A stretch of DNA of 64,000 nt from Candidatus Poribacteria bacterium (GTDB lineage: Bacteria > Poribacteria > WGA-4E > WGA-3G). Below the pieces are notes generated by a model. It ran no database searches. It was not told the DNA's origin and saw only the letters and a list, made by a program, of their open reading frames with translations. The stretch is from positions 1,824,001-1,888,000 of the forward strand of contig OZ243938.1 of assembly GCA_965214095.1 (NCBI GenBank), given 5' to 3'. How positions within the stretch are numbered: position 1 is the first letter of the stretch; each line of letters starts with the position of its first letter. Positions 9,468-21,108 of the stretch are shown piece after piece. The position numbers and the translations under genes were made by a program.

Positions 9468-11093
9468 TTATCTCAGTTCACGCAGACGTTCTGGAAAAAA
9501 CCCGTTAGGCCATTCATCGATGAAATCGCCTTCTTCATCAAGTCGCAGCCGTTCTGCTTTAGCACCTTCAAGTCCACGACTAACGTATATCACTGATACA
9601 TCTTCAGGTTTAATTTCCTTTTCACGTACTAAGCGCTGCAGACGTAAGACTAGATGTTCACTATGCGTTTCAATAATGAATTGGTTACCTCTTGAAATGG
9701 CTTTAACTAAGAGATCGCCTAAGTCTGCCTGCAGTTTAGGATGTACATGAACTTCAGGTTGCTCAATAGAAATAATTCGTTTCTCTGAAACCAAACTTTG
9801 GACAACGAAGGGGAGAATTTGACTAATTCCAAAACCAACATCTGGTAGTGCTACATTTACCTGTTTTTTTCGACGTGTATCTATCAGCCTAACTTCAAAA
9901 AGATCACCAGAGTCCGTCTTTACCGGTTTCATTTCTAGTTTATATCCAATGTCAAGTCGTTTCAACCATTCATTTGTGTTTTCAACCAATTCAGGTTGGC
10001 GTAATAGCAGATCTGGAAGCATGTCTCCTTGATAACCAACATCTGGAGGACTAGTACCTCTAAATATATACCATCTTTCCGGTGGTCTTCGAAAAGGCCC
10101 CATAGGGAAAAGAGTTCTCAGTGTTCTCTCTAATGCCTGTGAAGCAGTCATGGTTAAGTCAGCAACATCGAATGCCATCATGTCAAATCGAGGAGGAAAA
10201 AACGAACCAGGTCCTGTTATTGAAGATTTATTCTCTCTTTTTATGACTCCAACTGGAAGAAATCCTTGTATGCCTAAAACTGTATTCATCTCTTCCTTGT
10301 GCCTCTTGGAAATGTATGTTTTCAAGTCAAATTTATTCGAATAAAATTCGCTATCTAAACTTAAAGAATCAATTTCTCTCTGGAGTCTATCAACTTTCTG
10401 TTGTTCCTGACTTGAAAGATTCTGTTTATTGTGATCTTTCACTTGATCTATTTGGTGCTTGAGTAATCGCTTTAAATGCAATTGTCTTTCTTCAATTTCT
10501 CTAAGTACTTCTTTTATGTTGTCTTTACACCATTCAAACTCTGGTTTCCAATATTCTGTTGCCTTTGTTACCCAACTACACTTTAAAGCAGGTAACTTTG
10601 TGGGTGAAAGTTCAAACGAATCATGAAAAAAGCCCATCATTATCCAAAAGTCACCAGGATCTACAGTTTCACCTGATGGCTGGAATTTGGCAATACACTT
10701 AGAAAATTCTCCATGATAGATTTCAATTTGATCTAATAGAACTTCCTGCTTAAGCGATGGTCTTTTGAATTTAATTTCAATACCAAATTGCCGGTTAATC
10801 TTGGTTTCTATACGAATTGATAGAGTGCGTTTCAAATTATGGTCAAATATCATTTCCTTAAAACTACCAAGATCAACAATCCCATTTTCAACTCGGAGTG
10901 CAAGTGGAGCACTTACATCTCGGCTTTCTCGTGTCTGTTTGAGCAGATTCAGTGCTTGTAATATAATACTTTTCCCCGCGCTGTTTTCGCCAAAAATCAG
11001 TGTTATAGGTGCAAACGGAATTCGAGTTCGTTCTCCAAACGACTTGAAGTTCTTTAATTCTAGTGCGTGAAGCATCAGATTTCTCCTAACCAC
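9468..11093 (-). CDS. ABC-type ATPase (AAA_15/AAA_21) with a DUF3696-type C-terminus
   Basis: LKNFKSF, Walker A GENSAGKS, signature DVGFGISQILP, IEQPEVHVHP, ETHSEH, and C-terminal WPNGFF. Confidence 0.88.
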   Translation of the reverse strand: MVRRNLMLHALELKNFKSFGERTRIPFAPITLIFGENSAGKSIILQALNLLKQTRESRDVSAPLALRVENGIVDLGSFKEMIFDHNLKRTLSIRIETKINRQFGIEIKFKRPSLKQEVLLDQIEIYHGEFSKCIAKFQPSGETVDPGDFWIMMGFFHDSFELSPTKLPALKCSWVTKATEYWKPEFEWCKDNIKEVLREIEERQLHLKRLLKHQIDQVKDHNKQNLSSQEQQKVDRLQREIDSLSLDSEFYSNKFDLKTYISKRHKEEMNTVLGIQGFLPVGVIKRENKSSITGPGSFFPPRFDMMAFDVADLTMTASQALERTLRTLFPMGPFRRPPERWYIFRGTSPPDVGYQGDMLPDLLLRQPELVENTNEWLKRLDIGYKLEMKPVKTDSGDLFEVRLIDTRRKKQVNVALPDVGFGISQILPFVVQSLVSEKRIISIEQPEVHVHPKLQADLGDLLVKAISRGNQFIIETHSEHLVLRLQRLVREKEIKPEDVSVIYVSRGLEGAKAERLRLDEEGDFIDEWPNGFFPERLRELR

Positions 11094-11506
11094 CTTTCTT
11101 TAACTGAGATTTCTCAATACACTGTGAAGTTATTACCTATCAACATTCTGTTAATTTAAGAGCATAAAAATGCGAATCTAAGTATCTTGTTTTGTTCCTG
11201 TTTTGTGAAAAAACTGACTTGTTTCCAATACAAAACAGTATAGAACGTTCAAGAAAATGGGATATCTAACGGAAAAACAAGCAAAATCGAAGCATACCCT
11301 GAGTGCATTTTCATGACCACATAAGCATTGCGTCTTTATGGTTATTAGGTTTAGAACCATTGTGAGAAATCTCAGTTTAACTATCAATTCAGTTGATAAT
11401 TCAATAGTCATTAATCTAAGACCTAACCACCCTAGCCTGAGAGATGTATTTTAGGATAATATACAACATCTAAAGATGTTTGTCAAAAGAATTGTTTGTA
11501 TAGTAT

Positions 11507-11710
11507 AACCTAAGTTGCTACCTATTTCCAAATAGCATTTTAATATTTGTAGCGATAATATATATACTTTCAACTCAAAACCAGCAGCTATCACCGCGTG
11601 AATCGTTTTTGGTAAGAGTTGAGTAATGAGACTATTTGACACCTCAACACGTTTTCTATATAAATGTTGGAGGTAAACCTCCCATGGTTCAATAGGTAGC
11701 AACTTAGGTT
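11507..11710. mobile_element. MITE, 204 bp
   Basis: Perfect terminal inverted repeat aacctaagttgctacctatt / aataggtagcaacttaggtt, flanked by the direct repeat agtat. Confidence 0.8.
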
Positions 11711-11776
11711 AGTATACCATAGAATGTAGTTGTAATTAATAATAAATTATCTATGTCAGATAAGTTCAATTACAGA

Positions 11777-13264
11777 TTATAGGTAGGTTACTGCCCTTTG
11801 AATCCGCTTCAAAACTTCATCTCTACCGAGCAGCGCGACAATATCAAAAAGACTCGGACCAAACGATGTGCCTGTCAATGCAATTCGCATCGCTTGCATG
11901 GCTGCAACGCGTTTGATGTCGTTTTCATCCGTATATTTCCATACTGCAGCTTCAACGGTTTCAAGGTCAAACGTTGAGATGTCATCCAAAATCTGTTTGA
12001 GATTTGTAAGGATTTCACGAGTTTTTTGCTTCTTCTCATCTGAACTACCCCACCATTTCTTCGCAGCTTTTGTTTCATATTCAAAATCATCGGAGAAGAA
12101 GTAGCGTGTCTGCGGGAGGATGTCCTGAAACGTTGTGAGTCGTTCACCCACGGCTTCAACAATCTTTTCAAGCCAATCTCGTTCTGTATTGGAATCCACC
12201 AAACTTTCCTGTTCCCAGAAAGGCAAAACGGCATCTGTGCGTGCAGAAACATCCAACTGATTGATGTAATGTGAATTGAGCCATTCCAACTTCTTAATGT
12301 CAAACACACTACCGCTTTTACCAACCCGTTCAAGGTCAAACTTATCTATCAGTTCATCCACTGAAAAGATTTCCTGTTTGTCATCGTAAGACCAACCGAG
12401 TCTGGCAACGAAATTCAGCATCGCTTCGGGGAGATACCCTTGTTCACGGTATCGGTTAACAGCGACAAGATCACCGTGATGTCTTTTGCTAAGTTTTCTA
12501 CCAGTATCGTCAAGGACAAGTGGAATATGGGCAAATTTAGGCAGGCTTAAATCGAGAGCATTCGCAATTGCAATTTGTTTCGGTGTGTTATTGAGATGTT
12601 CTGTTCCCCTGATAACGTGGGTTATCCGCATCTCTGCATCGTCAATAATAGAGGTGAGATTGTAATTTGGCATACCGTTGGAACGGACAATTACCTCATC
12701 CTCAAGCGTGGCAGGATCAATGTTACGTGAACCGAGAATTAGGTCATCAACACGGATTGGCGTATCAGGCATTTTAATACGGACGGTCGGTTTTCTACCA
12801 TCTGCGATAAAACCTTCTATCTTTTCCTGTGTAAGTTCACGGCATCTACCATCGTAAGATCGGGTAGATTTAGCAGCACGTGCTTCTGTGCGAATCTCTT
12901 CCAACTCTTCGGGTGTACAATAGCAACGGTAGGCATTACTACTCTCAAGTAGTTGCGTTACATATTTATCATAAATGTCTTTGCGTTCGGATTGCACATA
13001 AGGACCATAAGGACCGCCAATATCACCACCTTCGTCCCACTTCAAACCCAACCATTTCATTGCGGAATAGATCTCTCGCATAGATTCGTCTGTGGAACGT
13101 TCCGCATCTGTGTCATCAATCCGAAGTATAAATTGTCCTTTATGATGTTTTGCGAACAGCCAATTAAACAACGCTGTTCTGGCACCACCGATATGTAAGA
13201 AACCTGTCGGAGAGGGTGCCATACGAACTCTCACTGGATGCTGTGGAACCGATGTAACGTTCAT
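11777..13264 (-). CDS. gltX: Glutamate--tRNA ligase
   Basis: [21 protein letters not shown] and KLSKR motifs. Confidence 0.97.
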   Translation of the reverse strand: MNVTSVPQHPVRVRMAPSPTGFLHIGGARTALFNWLFAKHHKGQFILRIDDTDAERSTDESMREIYSAMKWLGLKWDEGGDIGGPYGPYVQSERKDIYDKYVTQLLESSNAYRCYCTPEELEEIRTEARAAKSTRSYDGRCRELTQEKIEGFIADGRKPTVRIKMPDTPIRVDDLILGSRNIDPATLEDEVIVRSNGMPNYNLTSIIDDAEMRITHVIRGTEHLNNTPKQIAIANALDLSLPKFAHIPLVLDDTGRKLSKRHHGDLVAVNRYREQGYLPEAMLNFVARLGWSYDDKQEIFSVDELIDKFDLERVGKSGSVFDIKKLEWLNSHYINQLDVSARTDAVLPFWEQESLVDSNTERDWLEKIVEAVGERLTTFQDILPQTRYFFSDDFEYETKAAKKWWGSSDEKKQKTREILTNLKQILDDISTFDLETVEAAVWKYTDENDIKRVAAMQAMRIALTGTSFGPSLFDIVALLGRDEVLKRIQRAVTYL

Positions 13265-14994
13265 TTCTGTCCTTTCTGGATTTTTGCCCAGCTATCTCGC
13301 AGTGCAACTGTCCGATTGAATACCAATTTATCAGGTGTTGTGTCTGGATCAATACAAAAATACCCTATTCGTAAGAACTGATACCGACTTTCAGGTGGTG
13401 CGTCAACGAGACTTGGTTCTACCTTGCAGTTATTTGTAATCTGTAAAGAATCTGGGTTTAGGAATTGAATCCAGTCAGTCCCATCCGAGGCATTTTCCGG
13501 TTCACGTTCTGTAAAGAGTGTATCGTATAGACGCACCTCAGCATCAACAGCATGTTCTGCAGAAACCCAGTGCAGTGTCCCTCGCACTCGTCGTCCATCT
13601 TCAGACCAACCCCCTCGCGTTTCTGGATCATAAGTGCAGTGTATTGCAACAATTTCACCAGTGTTTTCATCTTTGACAACGCGTTCACAGGTGATGTAGT
13701 ATGCATGCTTTAGTCGCACTTCACAGCCAGGAGCAAGTCTATAGAATTTCTTGGGTGGATCTTCCATAAAATCATCCCGTTCAATATAGATTTCTCTTGA
13801 GAATGGAACTTCTCTTGTCCCAGCATTTTCATCTTCCGGATTGTTATCTGCATCAAGCATCTCTACCTGCTCTTCCGGATAATTATCTATGATCACCTTG
13901 ACAGGATCTAACACAGCCATAACACGTGGTGCGCGTTGGTTCAAATCGTTGCGGATAGAGTATTCAAGCTGTCCAATTTCTATAAGATTATCGGCTTTTG
14001 ACACACCAATACGATTACAGAAGTCCCGTATAGATTCTGGCGTATAACCGCGACGACGCATGCCAGAAAGCGTAGGCAATCTCGGATCATCCCAACCGTT
14101 GACATGCCCTCCTTCAACAAGCATTTTAAGCTTCCGTTTACCGAGAACTGTATAAGAAAGGTTCAGCCGTGCAAATTCAATCTGCCGTGGTTGGTAAATT
14201 TCCAATGATTCCAGAAACCAATTGTATAGCGGACGGTGATCTTCAAACTGAACATCACATAAGGAGTGCGTGACACCTTCAATGGAATCGGATTGTCCGT
14301 GCGTAAAATCATAAGTGGGATAGATGCACCAATTCGATCCGTGTCTGTAATGTGGTGCACGGAGCACGCGATACATCACGGGATCACGCATATTTAGGTT
14401 CGGACTTGTCATGTCAATTTTGGCACGGAGCGTGCGAGAACCGTCTGGAAACTCGCCAGCGCGCATACCACGAAACAAAGTCAGATTCTCCTCAACAGTG
14501 CGATTCCGATAGGGACTATCTTTGCCGGGAGTTACTAATGTGCCACGGTAATCACGTGTTTCGTCTGGTGTCAAATCACAGACATACGCTCTCTCTTCTT
14601 CGATCAGTTTGATGGCATACTCATAGAGCGTCTCAAAATAGTCGGAGGCGTAAAATTCACGATCTTCCCAATCAAATCCAAGCCAATGAACATCACGTTT
14701 GATTGCCTCTACGAATTCATGCTCTTCAGTGATGGGATTGCTGTCATCAAACCGAAGGTTGTAGAAACCATCATAATCTTCGGCAATTCCAAAACTGATA
14801 CAGATAGCTTTTGCGTGTCCTATATGGAGATAACCACTCGGCTCCGGAGGAAACCTCGTATGCACTCTTCCATCATATTTATTGGCTGCAATGTCTTCTT
14901 CTATCGCTTGACGGATAAAGTTTGAGTCAGAGACGTTTTTGTCGTTTTCTTGTGTGTTCTTGGACTTTTTAGAGTCGTGTAACGGGTGATTCAT
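13261..14994 (-). CDS. glnS: Glutamine--tRNA ligase
   Basis: [26 protein letters not shown] and [11 protein letters not shown] motifs. Confidence 0.97.
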   Translation of the reverse strand: MNHPLHDSKKSKNTQENDKNVSDSNFIRQAIEEDIAANKYDGRVHTRFPPEPSGYLHIGHAKAICISFGIAEDYDGFYNLRFDDSNPITEEHEFVEAIKRDVHWLGFDWEDREFYASDYFETLYEYAIKLIEEERAYVCDLTPDETRDYRGTLVTPGKDSPYRNRTVEENLTLFRGMRAGEFPDGSRTLRAKIDMTSPNLNMRDPVMYRVLRAPHYRHGSNWCIYPTYDFTHGQSDSIEGVTHSLCDVQFEDHRPLYNWFLESLEIYQPRQIEFARLNLSYTVLGKRKLKMLVEGGHVNGWDDPRLPTLSGMRRRGYTPESIRDFCNRIGVSKADNLIEIGQLEYSIRNDLNQRAPRVMAVLDPVKVIIDNYPEEQVEMLDADNNPEDENAGTREVPFSREIYIERDDFMEDPPKKFYRLAPGCEVRLKHAYYITCERVVKDENTGEIVAIHCTYDPETRGGWSEDGRRVRGTLHWVSAEHAVDAEVRLYDTLFTEREPENASDGTDWIQFLNPDSLQITNNCKVEPSLVDAPPESRYQFLRIGYFCIDPDTTPDKLVFNRTVALRDSWAKIQKGQK

Positions 14995-15163
14995 TAATAA
15001 CTCCTAACTTAGTAAATTATACTTTCAATATGTGCCATAGTCAAATATTTGAAGAGATGCTTGTGTTACCGTTTCTACCCGCTCTAAAAATATGAAACCC
15101 ATTGTTCTTGCAATACGTTAAGAATGTAAGGGAGAGTAACATCAAAATATTAAGGGGACAGAT

Positions 15164-15373
15164 ATGTATAAAATTACGGGACAACCAGACAATGAACGGC
15201 AACTATTAGATAATAGAAAACCAAGGTATTACGAGTTAGCATTATATTTTGCAGCTGCCAAAGCAAAAGAAGAAGAATTTCATTGGGAGAATTTTATTGA
15301 CAATTTATCTTATATCTGTGATAAATATGCTTCCCACATCAAGTCAAACAACGTTTCTAATGGGGAAATGTAA
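15164..15373 (+). CDS. Small hypothetical protein
   Basis: 69-aa ORF with an AGGGG RBS, alone in an intergenic gap. Confidence 0.4.
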   Translation: MYKITGQPDNERQLLDNRKPRYYELALYFAAAKAKEEEFHWENFIDNLSYICDKYASHIKSNNVSNGEM

Positions 15374-15443
15374 TACTCACTTGAAATTGTCAATTAAATA
15401 AATCCTAATTTCTCATATAGGGTAGGGTGTCTTGTAGCCTACC

Positions 15444-16697
15444 CTATTTTTCTTTAATTTTTTCCTTCAATTTTGAATGATTTTTGAATATTTCCACGAG
15501 ATTCGTCACTAATTTTTCAGGATCATGACGAATAACGTTCATCTGAGCACCACCTAACCACGTCCCGATTTCAGTTACGACCATGTCTCTGATTAGGTCT
15601 GCCTCAACAACGATAATTCCATCGTCTTCAAGTTTCTCCATCTTACGATTGTAAGACACTTGGACTTTTGAAGCGTCTGCAACATGCATGGTTTCTGCAG
15701 AAAGTGATGAAATATCTTTGGATAGGTTCAACACCTCGGTAAGATGTTCTGTATCTTCAGCCAACTTCGTAAGTCCTTCTTCAGCAAATGATCGAATACG
15801 AGTGAGTTGTGAAACCATTTCTTTCCGCACATACTCCTGCATAATCTCTTGCGGAGCAGGTTGATTATTTGCTAATACATAATCAATTGGAATCTTTGCA
15901 TGGTCAAATATAGCGTTGACATGATCCGTGACTGCATAACCGTCTGTTTCTCCCGGTTGTGTCATCACATTGCATACATAGATTTTCAGAGCATTTGACC
16001 GTTGAATAGTATCAACGATGCCTCTAATCACCAGATTTGGCATAATGCTGGTGTATAGACTACCCGGTCCAATGATTATTGCATCAGCGTTAACAAGTGC
16101 TTCAATCGCTGTCTCGTGTGCTTTGCACTCGTAGTCTTCGTCGTAGTGATGATGGGTTCTCCCGTTCTCTCTCGGTTCAAAAAAGACGCGTTTTATCGGT
16201 TCACGATTTTCACGTACCGGTATTGTTGACTCACCTTTGACGATTTCACCATCTGCAAGTTCAGCACAAAGCACGGTATAATCTAAAGTCACCGGAATGA
16301 TTTGTCCACGCACCGAGAGCAATCGTGATGCGGCTTCAATCGCCATCGGAAAGTTGCCTTTGAACTGTTCTGTCAGTGCAGTTAATAAGAGATTACCGAT
16401 TGTATGTCCACCGAGATCACCATTGCTTGAAAAGCGGTGTTCAAAAAGACCTGCAAGTTCATCTGCATCCGATAATGTACACAGCAACCTACGGATATCA
16501 CCTGGCGGCAGCATATCAAATTCTTTAACAAGTTTTCCCGAACTCCCACCGTCATCAGAGACAGTAACGATCGCAGATAAACTGTCCAGATCAATAATCC
16601 TACGGTCACCGTTTTCTAAATCGGCATATTGCTTAATTCCGCTGAGCAATGCGGATAAACCACTTCCACCGCCAATGCACGCAATTTTCAAAGACAT
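15444..16697 (-). CDS. yvcK: YvcK/GlmR (UPF0052) UDP-GlcNAc-binding protein
   Basis: IGGGSGLS, VSDDGGSSG, PPGDIR, GPGSLYTS, NVMTQPGET and IRHDP motifs. Confidence 0.92.
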   Translation of the reverse strand: MSLKIACIGGGSGLSALLSGIKQYADLENGDRRIIDLDSLSAIVTVSDDGGSSGKLVKEFDMLPPGDIRRLLCTLSDADELAGLFEHRFSSNGDLGGHTIGNLLLTALTEQFKGNFPMAIEAASRLLSVRGQIIPVTLDYTVLCAELADGEIVKGESTIPVRENREPIKRVFFEPRENGRTHHHYDEDYECKAHETAIEALVNADAIIIGPGSLYTSIMPNLVIRGIVDTIQRSNALKIYVCNVMTQPGETDGYAVTDHVNAIFDHAKIPIDYVLANNQPAPQEIMQEYVRKEMVSQLTRIRSFAEEGLTKLAEDTEHLTEVLNLSKDISSLSAETMHVADASKVQVSYNRKMEKLEDDGIIVVEADLIRDMVVTEIGTWLGGAQMNVIRHDPEKLVTNLVEIFKNHSKLKEKIKEK

Positions 16698-16817
16698 AAC
16701 TACTCCAAACCGTCAAACCATTTGTTCAGTAAACTCAAATTATTGCAGTTTTAATATTGGACAAAAATTGTCAGATTTCTCAATTCAAAGATTTATTATA
16801 ATATGTGACAAATAACG

Positions 16818-18230
16818 TTATTTAAGGTTTATCTGTTTCATTAACATTTTTAAATTTTTTAGTGTATCATCACAGAGCATTTCTGCTTCAGATTCAGAAG
16901 GAGCCTCACTGAATACTCTAATTACTGGTTCTGTGCCAGATTTTCGGACGTTAACCCATCTGTCATCCCAAACGCGTTTGATTCCATCTGTCAATTCAAG
17001 ATAGAAAGTTGGTTCTCCGGTTCCTGTTCTAACCTCATCTTCATACATCTTCAAGGCAAGTTCTACGAGTTGGGTTGCTACTGTTTGTGAAGGTATTTCC
17101 AATTTTTTTCTACACATCTCATATTTCGGTATGGAATCAACAAGTTCAGACAATGTGCTATGGGATTCGGCAAGATGCTGAACAATTGCTGCAATAGAGG
17201 CGATACCATCAGTCGTATAGTTGATAGAAGGATATATTATTCCACCTGTGCCTTCGCCTCCTATAGCTGCATTAACCTCATGCATTTTTTCAACGACCCA
17301 TCCCACACCAACTTTCGTTCGATGAAGTTTTACTCCATGTTTCTCTGCAATATCATCTAACATTCGGCTTGTTGAAACGGTAGCAACAATATCTCCTTTT
17401 TCCTTTTTAAGAATAAAATCTGCTACAATGGCGAGTGTCCATTCTCCACTGAGAGCAGTACCACTATCCGTTACAATCACAACCCGATCCGCATCTCCAT
17501 CGTGTGCAAATCCGATATCCGCGTTGGTATCTTTTACGACTTGACACAGTTCATCCAGCGCATCAGGTGTAGGTTCAGCAGGACGATTGAAGTTACCGTC
17601 AGGTACACAATTAACTTCAACCACATCACAACCGAGTTCACGCAATAAGATTGGACTAATAACACACCCCGCACCATTGCCACAATCAAGTGCGACCTTT
17701 AAATTCGTTTTTCGTATTAAATCTACGTCAAGCCATGGTGAACTGTTTATATGCTCAAGGTGCTGATTTACAGAGTCCTCATATATCTCAAGTGTTCCTA
17801 ACTGATCCCATGGTGCTAAAGCAAATTCCTCCGTTTCATATATCTGTCTCAATTCCTCCCGTTCTGTCTGTGTCAGCAATCTTCCTGATTCTGATGCAAA
17901 TTCTATGCCATTCCACTCCACAGGATTATGACTGGCAGTGATGGTGATACTACCTTGTGCCCTCAGTGTTTTTGCCGTCAAGAGGACAGTCGGTGTTGGA
18001 CACAATCCTACATCTATGACCTTACATCCAGTTGCGTAGAGTCCAGCCAAAACTGCATTCCGAATCATAGGACTTGAAGTGCGTGTATCTCGTCCCACAA
18101 CGACAGTTTTACCATTGACATAAGTGCCAAAAGCAAGCGCGAACCGTGTAATAATCCGCATATCAAGCGAAACACCAACTTGTCCGCGAACTCCCGAAAC
18201 ACTGATAATAGGATCTTTTGTATTACTCAT
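16818..18230 (-). CDS. glmM: Phosphoglucosamine mutase (alpha-D-phosphohexomutase family)
   Basis: ITASHNP, DGDADR, GGEGTGG and RKSGTEP motifs; adjacent to yvcK. Confidence 0.8.
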   Translation of the reverse strand: MSNTKDPIISVSGVRGQVGVSLDMRIITRFALAFGTYVNGKTVVVGRDTRTSSPMIRNAVLAGLYATGCKVIDVGLCPTPTVLLTAKTLRAQGSITITASHNPVEWNGIEFASESGRLLTQTEREELRQIYETEEFALAPWDQLGTLEIYEDSVNQHLEHINSSPWLDVDLIRKTNLKVALDCGNGAGCVISPILLRELGCDVVEVNCVPDGNFNRPAEPTPDALDELCQVVKDTNADIGFAHDGDADRVVIVTDSGTALSGEWTLAIVADFILKKEKGDIVATVSTSRMLDDIAEKHGVKLHRTKVGVGWVVEKMHEVNAAIGGEGTGGIIYPSINYTTDGIASIAAIVQHLAESHSTLSELVDSIPKYEMCRKKLEIPSQTVATQLVELALKMYEDEVRTGTGEPTFYLELTDGIKRVWDDRWVNVRKSGTEPVIRVFSEAPSESEAEMLCDDTLKNLKMLMKQINLK

Positions 18231-18258
18231 GAATTCTCTCTATGATAATTATCTCACT

Positions 18259-19038
18259 TTAATCAATAACGACAAAATTGGATGACCTATACAGTTTCCA
18301 TGTCCACAAAAAACAACACCCGCTTATGACAAGCTGCCAGAAACAACTAACATACCACGGCGGAAATGAGTAAACAAAGTATGTAATCGGTGTAAGTTCA
18401 TATAACAGCGGATTTCTGAAAATGTCCCAACCATCAAAGATGCTACACACTGCAATCAACGGGTTTATGTGAAGGATGGGTTGAACCATCGGTTGTATAT
18501 CATCAATGTAACGTCCCAAAGGTTTAAGAAGAAACGCACTTCCCAACAATACACCCCATATAAAATACGCAAATTCTGTTCCATAAAATTCATCCTTCAA
18601 TACCCGCGCACCCCACATACCGACTGCTCCCGCCGAAATACTATAGAGTGTCAAAACAACAATCATCGCCAATGATTTTCCGATTGTAACTTCAGTGACA
18701 ATAAGTGCGAATCCTGTTGATAAATATACCCAACATAGAAGGGGTATTAGACTAATAAAAAGACGTTTGAATAGAGGTATGATGGAAAATATAGGTCTAA
18801 GGAATAACATCTGAGCGGAAGGAGTGGGCTGATTATCAGAAACTATATTTGGAGAGGCGAGATAAGGTGCTACTAAGAGAACAACGAACACCTGTGCAAG
18901 TGAAAAACATTCGGCAGTTGAACCAAGGTTGGCATGGTTCAACAATCCATATACCAACCATTGTAAAAGACTCGCTATACCGAGAGATATAAAGATAATC
19001 TTTATTGAAATATGTTTAGTCTCAATCTCGGAATTCAT
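18259..19038 (-). CDS. Multi-pass membrane protein, possibly ABC-2 permease-like
   Basis: About six hydrophobic segments and an INPL motif. Confidence 0.6.
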   Translation of the reverse strand: MNSEIETKHISIKIIFISLGIASLLQWLVYGLLNHANLGSTAECFSLAQVFVVLLVAPYLASPNIVSDNQPTPSAQMLFLRPIFSIIPLFKRLFISLIPLLCWVYLSTGFALIVTEVTIGKSLAMIVVLTLYSISAGAVGMWGARVLKDEFYGTEFAYFIWGVLLGSAFLLKPLGRYIDDIQPMVQPILHINPLIAVCSIFDGWDIFRNPLLYELTPITYFVYSFPPWYVSCFWQLVISGCCFLWTWKLYRSSNFVVID

Positions 19039-19052
19039 TAGTAATTCCTAAG

Positions 19053-19712
19053 CTATTCCTCTTCTTCTTCCAGCACACGACGAAGTTGCATGATGACCTT
19101 AGCAATAGAAATGAGATTCGGATTAATAGTCAGTGCCTGCTGATATGCCTCAATAGCTTCCCCGATTTCACCTAATCTAAGATACGCGTGTCCCATACCA
19201 GCATAAGCACCAAAATGATACGGGTTGAGTTTCACTGTTTGTTTGCAGTCTTCGATCGCTCTTTCCCATTCTCCAATAACGAAACATGCAATTGCTCGTT
19301 GGTTATATCCTTCAGCGAAAGTCGGTGCGGCTTCTATGACTGAGGAAAATTGTTCAATAGCCTCTGAAAAGTTCTCATTCTCTATCTCTTTTTTACCAGT
19401 ATTTAGCATCTCGTCAACATCATCATCACCAGAACGTGACCATATATTCCATAAGGATGTTTCAGAGTTGATGGTTGCACGATAATCGTTGTTTTTTAGG
19501 TTTTTGACTAATACAGGCACTGTGTCCATGCTACCTATCAATCCAAGAGCAGTAGCAGCCGCACGTGCGACAAGGATATCTTCATTTTCTAAATAATTCA
19601 CTAAATCGTCCTCTGTATATTTTGATGATAGAACCTGTCTAAGATTGTCCTCATCTACATCATTTGTATACATGAGTGCTGCTAATTCCGAAAACCCATT
19701 CCCTACAGACAT
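19053..19712 (-). CDS. HEAT + TPR repeat protein
   Basis: ARAAATALGLIG (HEAT); FAEGYNQRA and HFGAYAGMG (TPR). Start refined to MSVGNG after a GGAGG RBS. Confidence 0.85.
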   Translation of the reverse strand: MSVGNGFSELAALMYTNDVDEDNLRQVLSSKYTEDDLVNYLENEDILVARAAATALGLIGSMDTVPVLVKNLKNNDYRATINSETSLWNIWSRSGDDDVDEMLNTGKKEIENENFSEAIEQFSSVIEAAPTFAEGYNQRAIACFVIGEWERAIEDCKQTVKLNPYHFGAYAGMGHAYLRLGEIGEAIEAYQQALTINPNLISIAKVIMQLRRVLEEEEE

Positions 19713-19884
19713 TGTTACCCTCCTTAATCTAATTTGATTATAACACATCCTTATTGAAATAACAAATATATGTCTATGATGACAGTGTTATTTAGTTTTA
19801 AGAATTTCTAAAATGTTTGGTACAAAATGATAGACATGATATAATTAAACCATAATTAAACTTGATTACTAAAGGAATGATACG

Positions 19885-20955
19885 ATGAATGAAACCTCAA
19901 TAGAACTATTGAAATCACTAACACAAGCAGATGGAATCCCCGGATATGAGGCAGAAGTGAGAGACGTATTTCGCGACGCTGTCTCAGATGTTGGACCAAT
20001 TGAGACCGACAAATTGGGGAGTATTTTTTGCACCCGTGCAGGCAGCTCAGAAAACCCACGAATTGTGCTTGATTCACATTTAGATGAAATCGGTTTTGTT
20101 GTGACAAATGTCACGGATAATGGTTTTGTCAAATTCCTTCCCCTTGGCGGATGGTGGGGACACACACTTTTGGCACAACGAGTCAATATCAAAACTAAGC
20201 AGGGAAAAATACCGGGTGTAATCGGTTCAACGCCTCCACATTTATTGTCAGGATCGCGGGATAAAGTCTTGGAAATAAAAGACCTATTTATTGATGTGGG
20301 TGCAGAGAACGAAGAACAAGCCGTGGAAGAATACGGAATTTTGCCCGGTTGTCCAATTGCACCTTATGGACCTTTTATGCAGTTGAAGAATGAAAAATTA
20401 CTCACTGCAAAAGCATTTGATAATCGCGTCGGTGTCGCACTTGTCATAGAAGCACTACTGAAACTTGAAGAACATCCGAACACCGTTATCGGTGCAGGAA
20501 GTGTGCAGGAAGAAATCGGGTTGCGTGGTGCCAAAACTATGGCTGCAAGTGTGGAACCTGACCTGGCGATTGTACTGGAAGGACCTCCTGGTGATGATAC
20601 CCCAGGATTAAGTGTTGGAAATACACAAGGCAAACTCGGTAGCGGTGTCCAAATCAGGATAATAGACTCATCAATGGTCGTCAATCCAAAGTTGGCAGAA
20701 TATGTGGTAGAAACAGCCAAGGAACATGAAATCCCATATCAACTCGGTGTGCGTCAATCCGGTGGAACAGATGGCGGTGCAATTCACACATTCGGTAGAG
20801 GTGTGCCTTCTGTTGTACTCGGTGTGCCTTCACGATATATCCATAGCCACGTCTCTATTATCAACATTGATGACTATAACGCAGCATTGGATTTGACGAT
20901 GAAACTTGTACAAGAAATTGACTCATCCGTTATGGAAGGATTTCTGTTCGATTAG
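19885..20955 (+). CDS. M42 family metallopeptidase
   Basis: HLDEIG, KAFDNRVG, VQEEIGLRGA, GGTDGG and RYIHSH motifs. Confidence 0.95.
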   Translation: MNETSIELLKSLTQADGIPGYEAEVRDVFRDAVSDVGPIETDKLGSIFCTRAGSSENPRIVLDSHLDEIGFVVTNVTDNGFVKFLPLGGWWGHTLLAQRVNIKTKQGKIPGVIGSTPPHLLSGSRDKVLEIKDLFIDVGAENEEQAVEEYGILPGCPIAPYGPFMQLKNEKLLTAKAFDNRVGVALVIEALLKLEEHPNTVIGAGSVQEEIGLRGAKTMAASVEPDLAIVLEGPPGDDTPGLSVGNTQGKLGSGVQIRIIDSSMVVNPKLAEYVVETAKEHEIPYQLGVRQSGGTDGGAIHTFGRGVPSVVLGVPSRYIHSHVSIINIDDYNAALDLTMKLVQEIDSSVMEGFLFD

Positions 20956-20958
20956 ATA

Positions 20959-21073
20959 ATGAAGATTAAGAAATAAATCAGGTAATTTCCTTGAGATGTC
21001 CGGTTCGGTTAGGAAACCGAACCTACCGGGTTTGAGAAAATGAGAATTACCCGTTTAATAAATTAATCTTCGT
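20959..21073. mobile_element. MITE with gaagattaa/ttaatcttc ends carrying one REP hairpin
   Basis: Both ends are nearly identical to the ends of 59088..59349; the core is ggttcggttaggaaaccgaacctacc. Confidence 0.75.
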
Positions 21074-21108
21074 CATCTAACTTGTATCTCTTAATCGGAG
21101 GATAAACA

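Noticed and set aside
11178-11702. 77-aa and 83-aa ORFs
   Set aside because: No recognisable motifs, and the second lies largely within the MITE.
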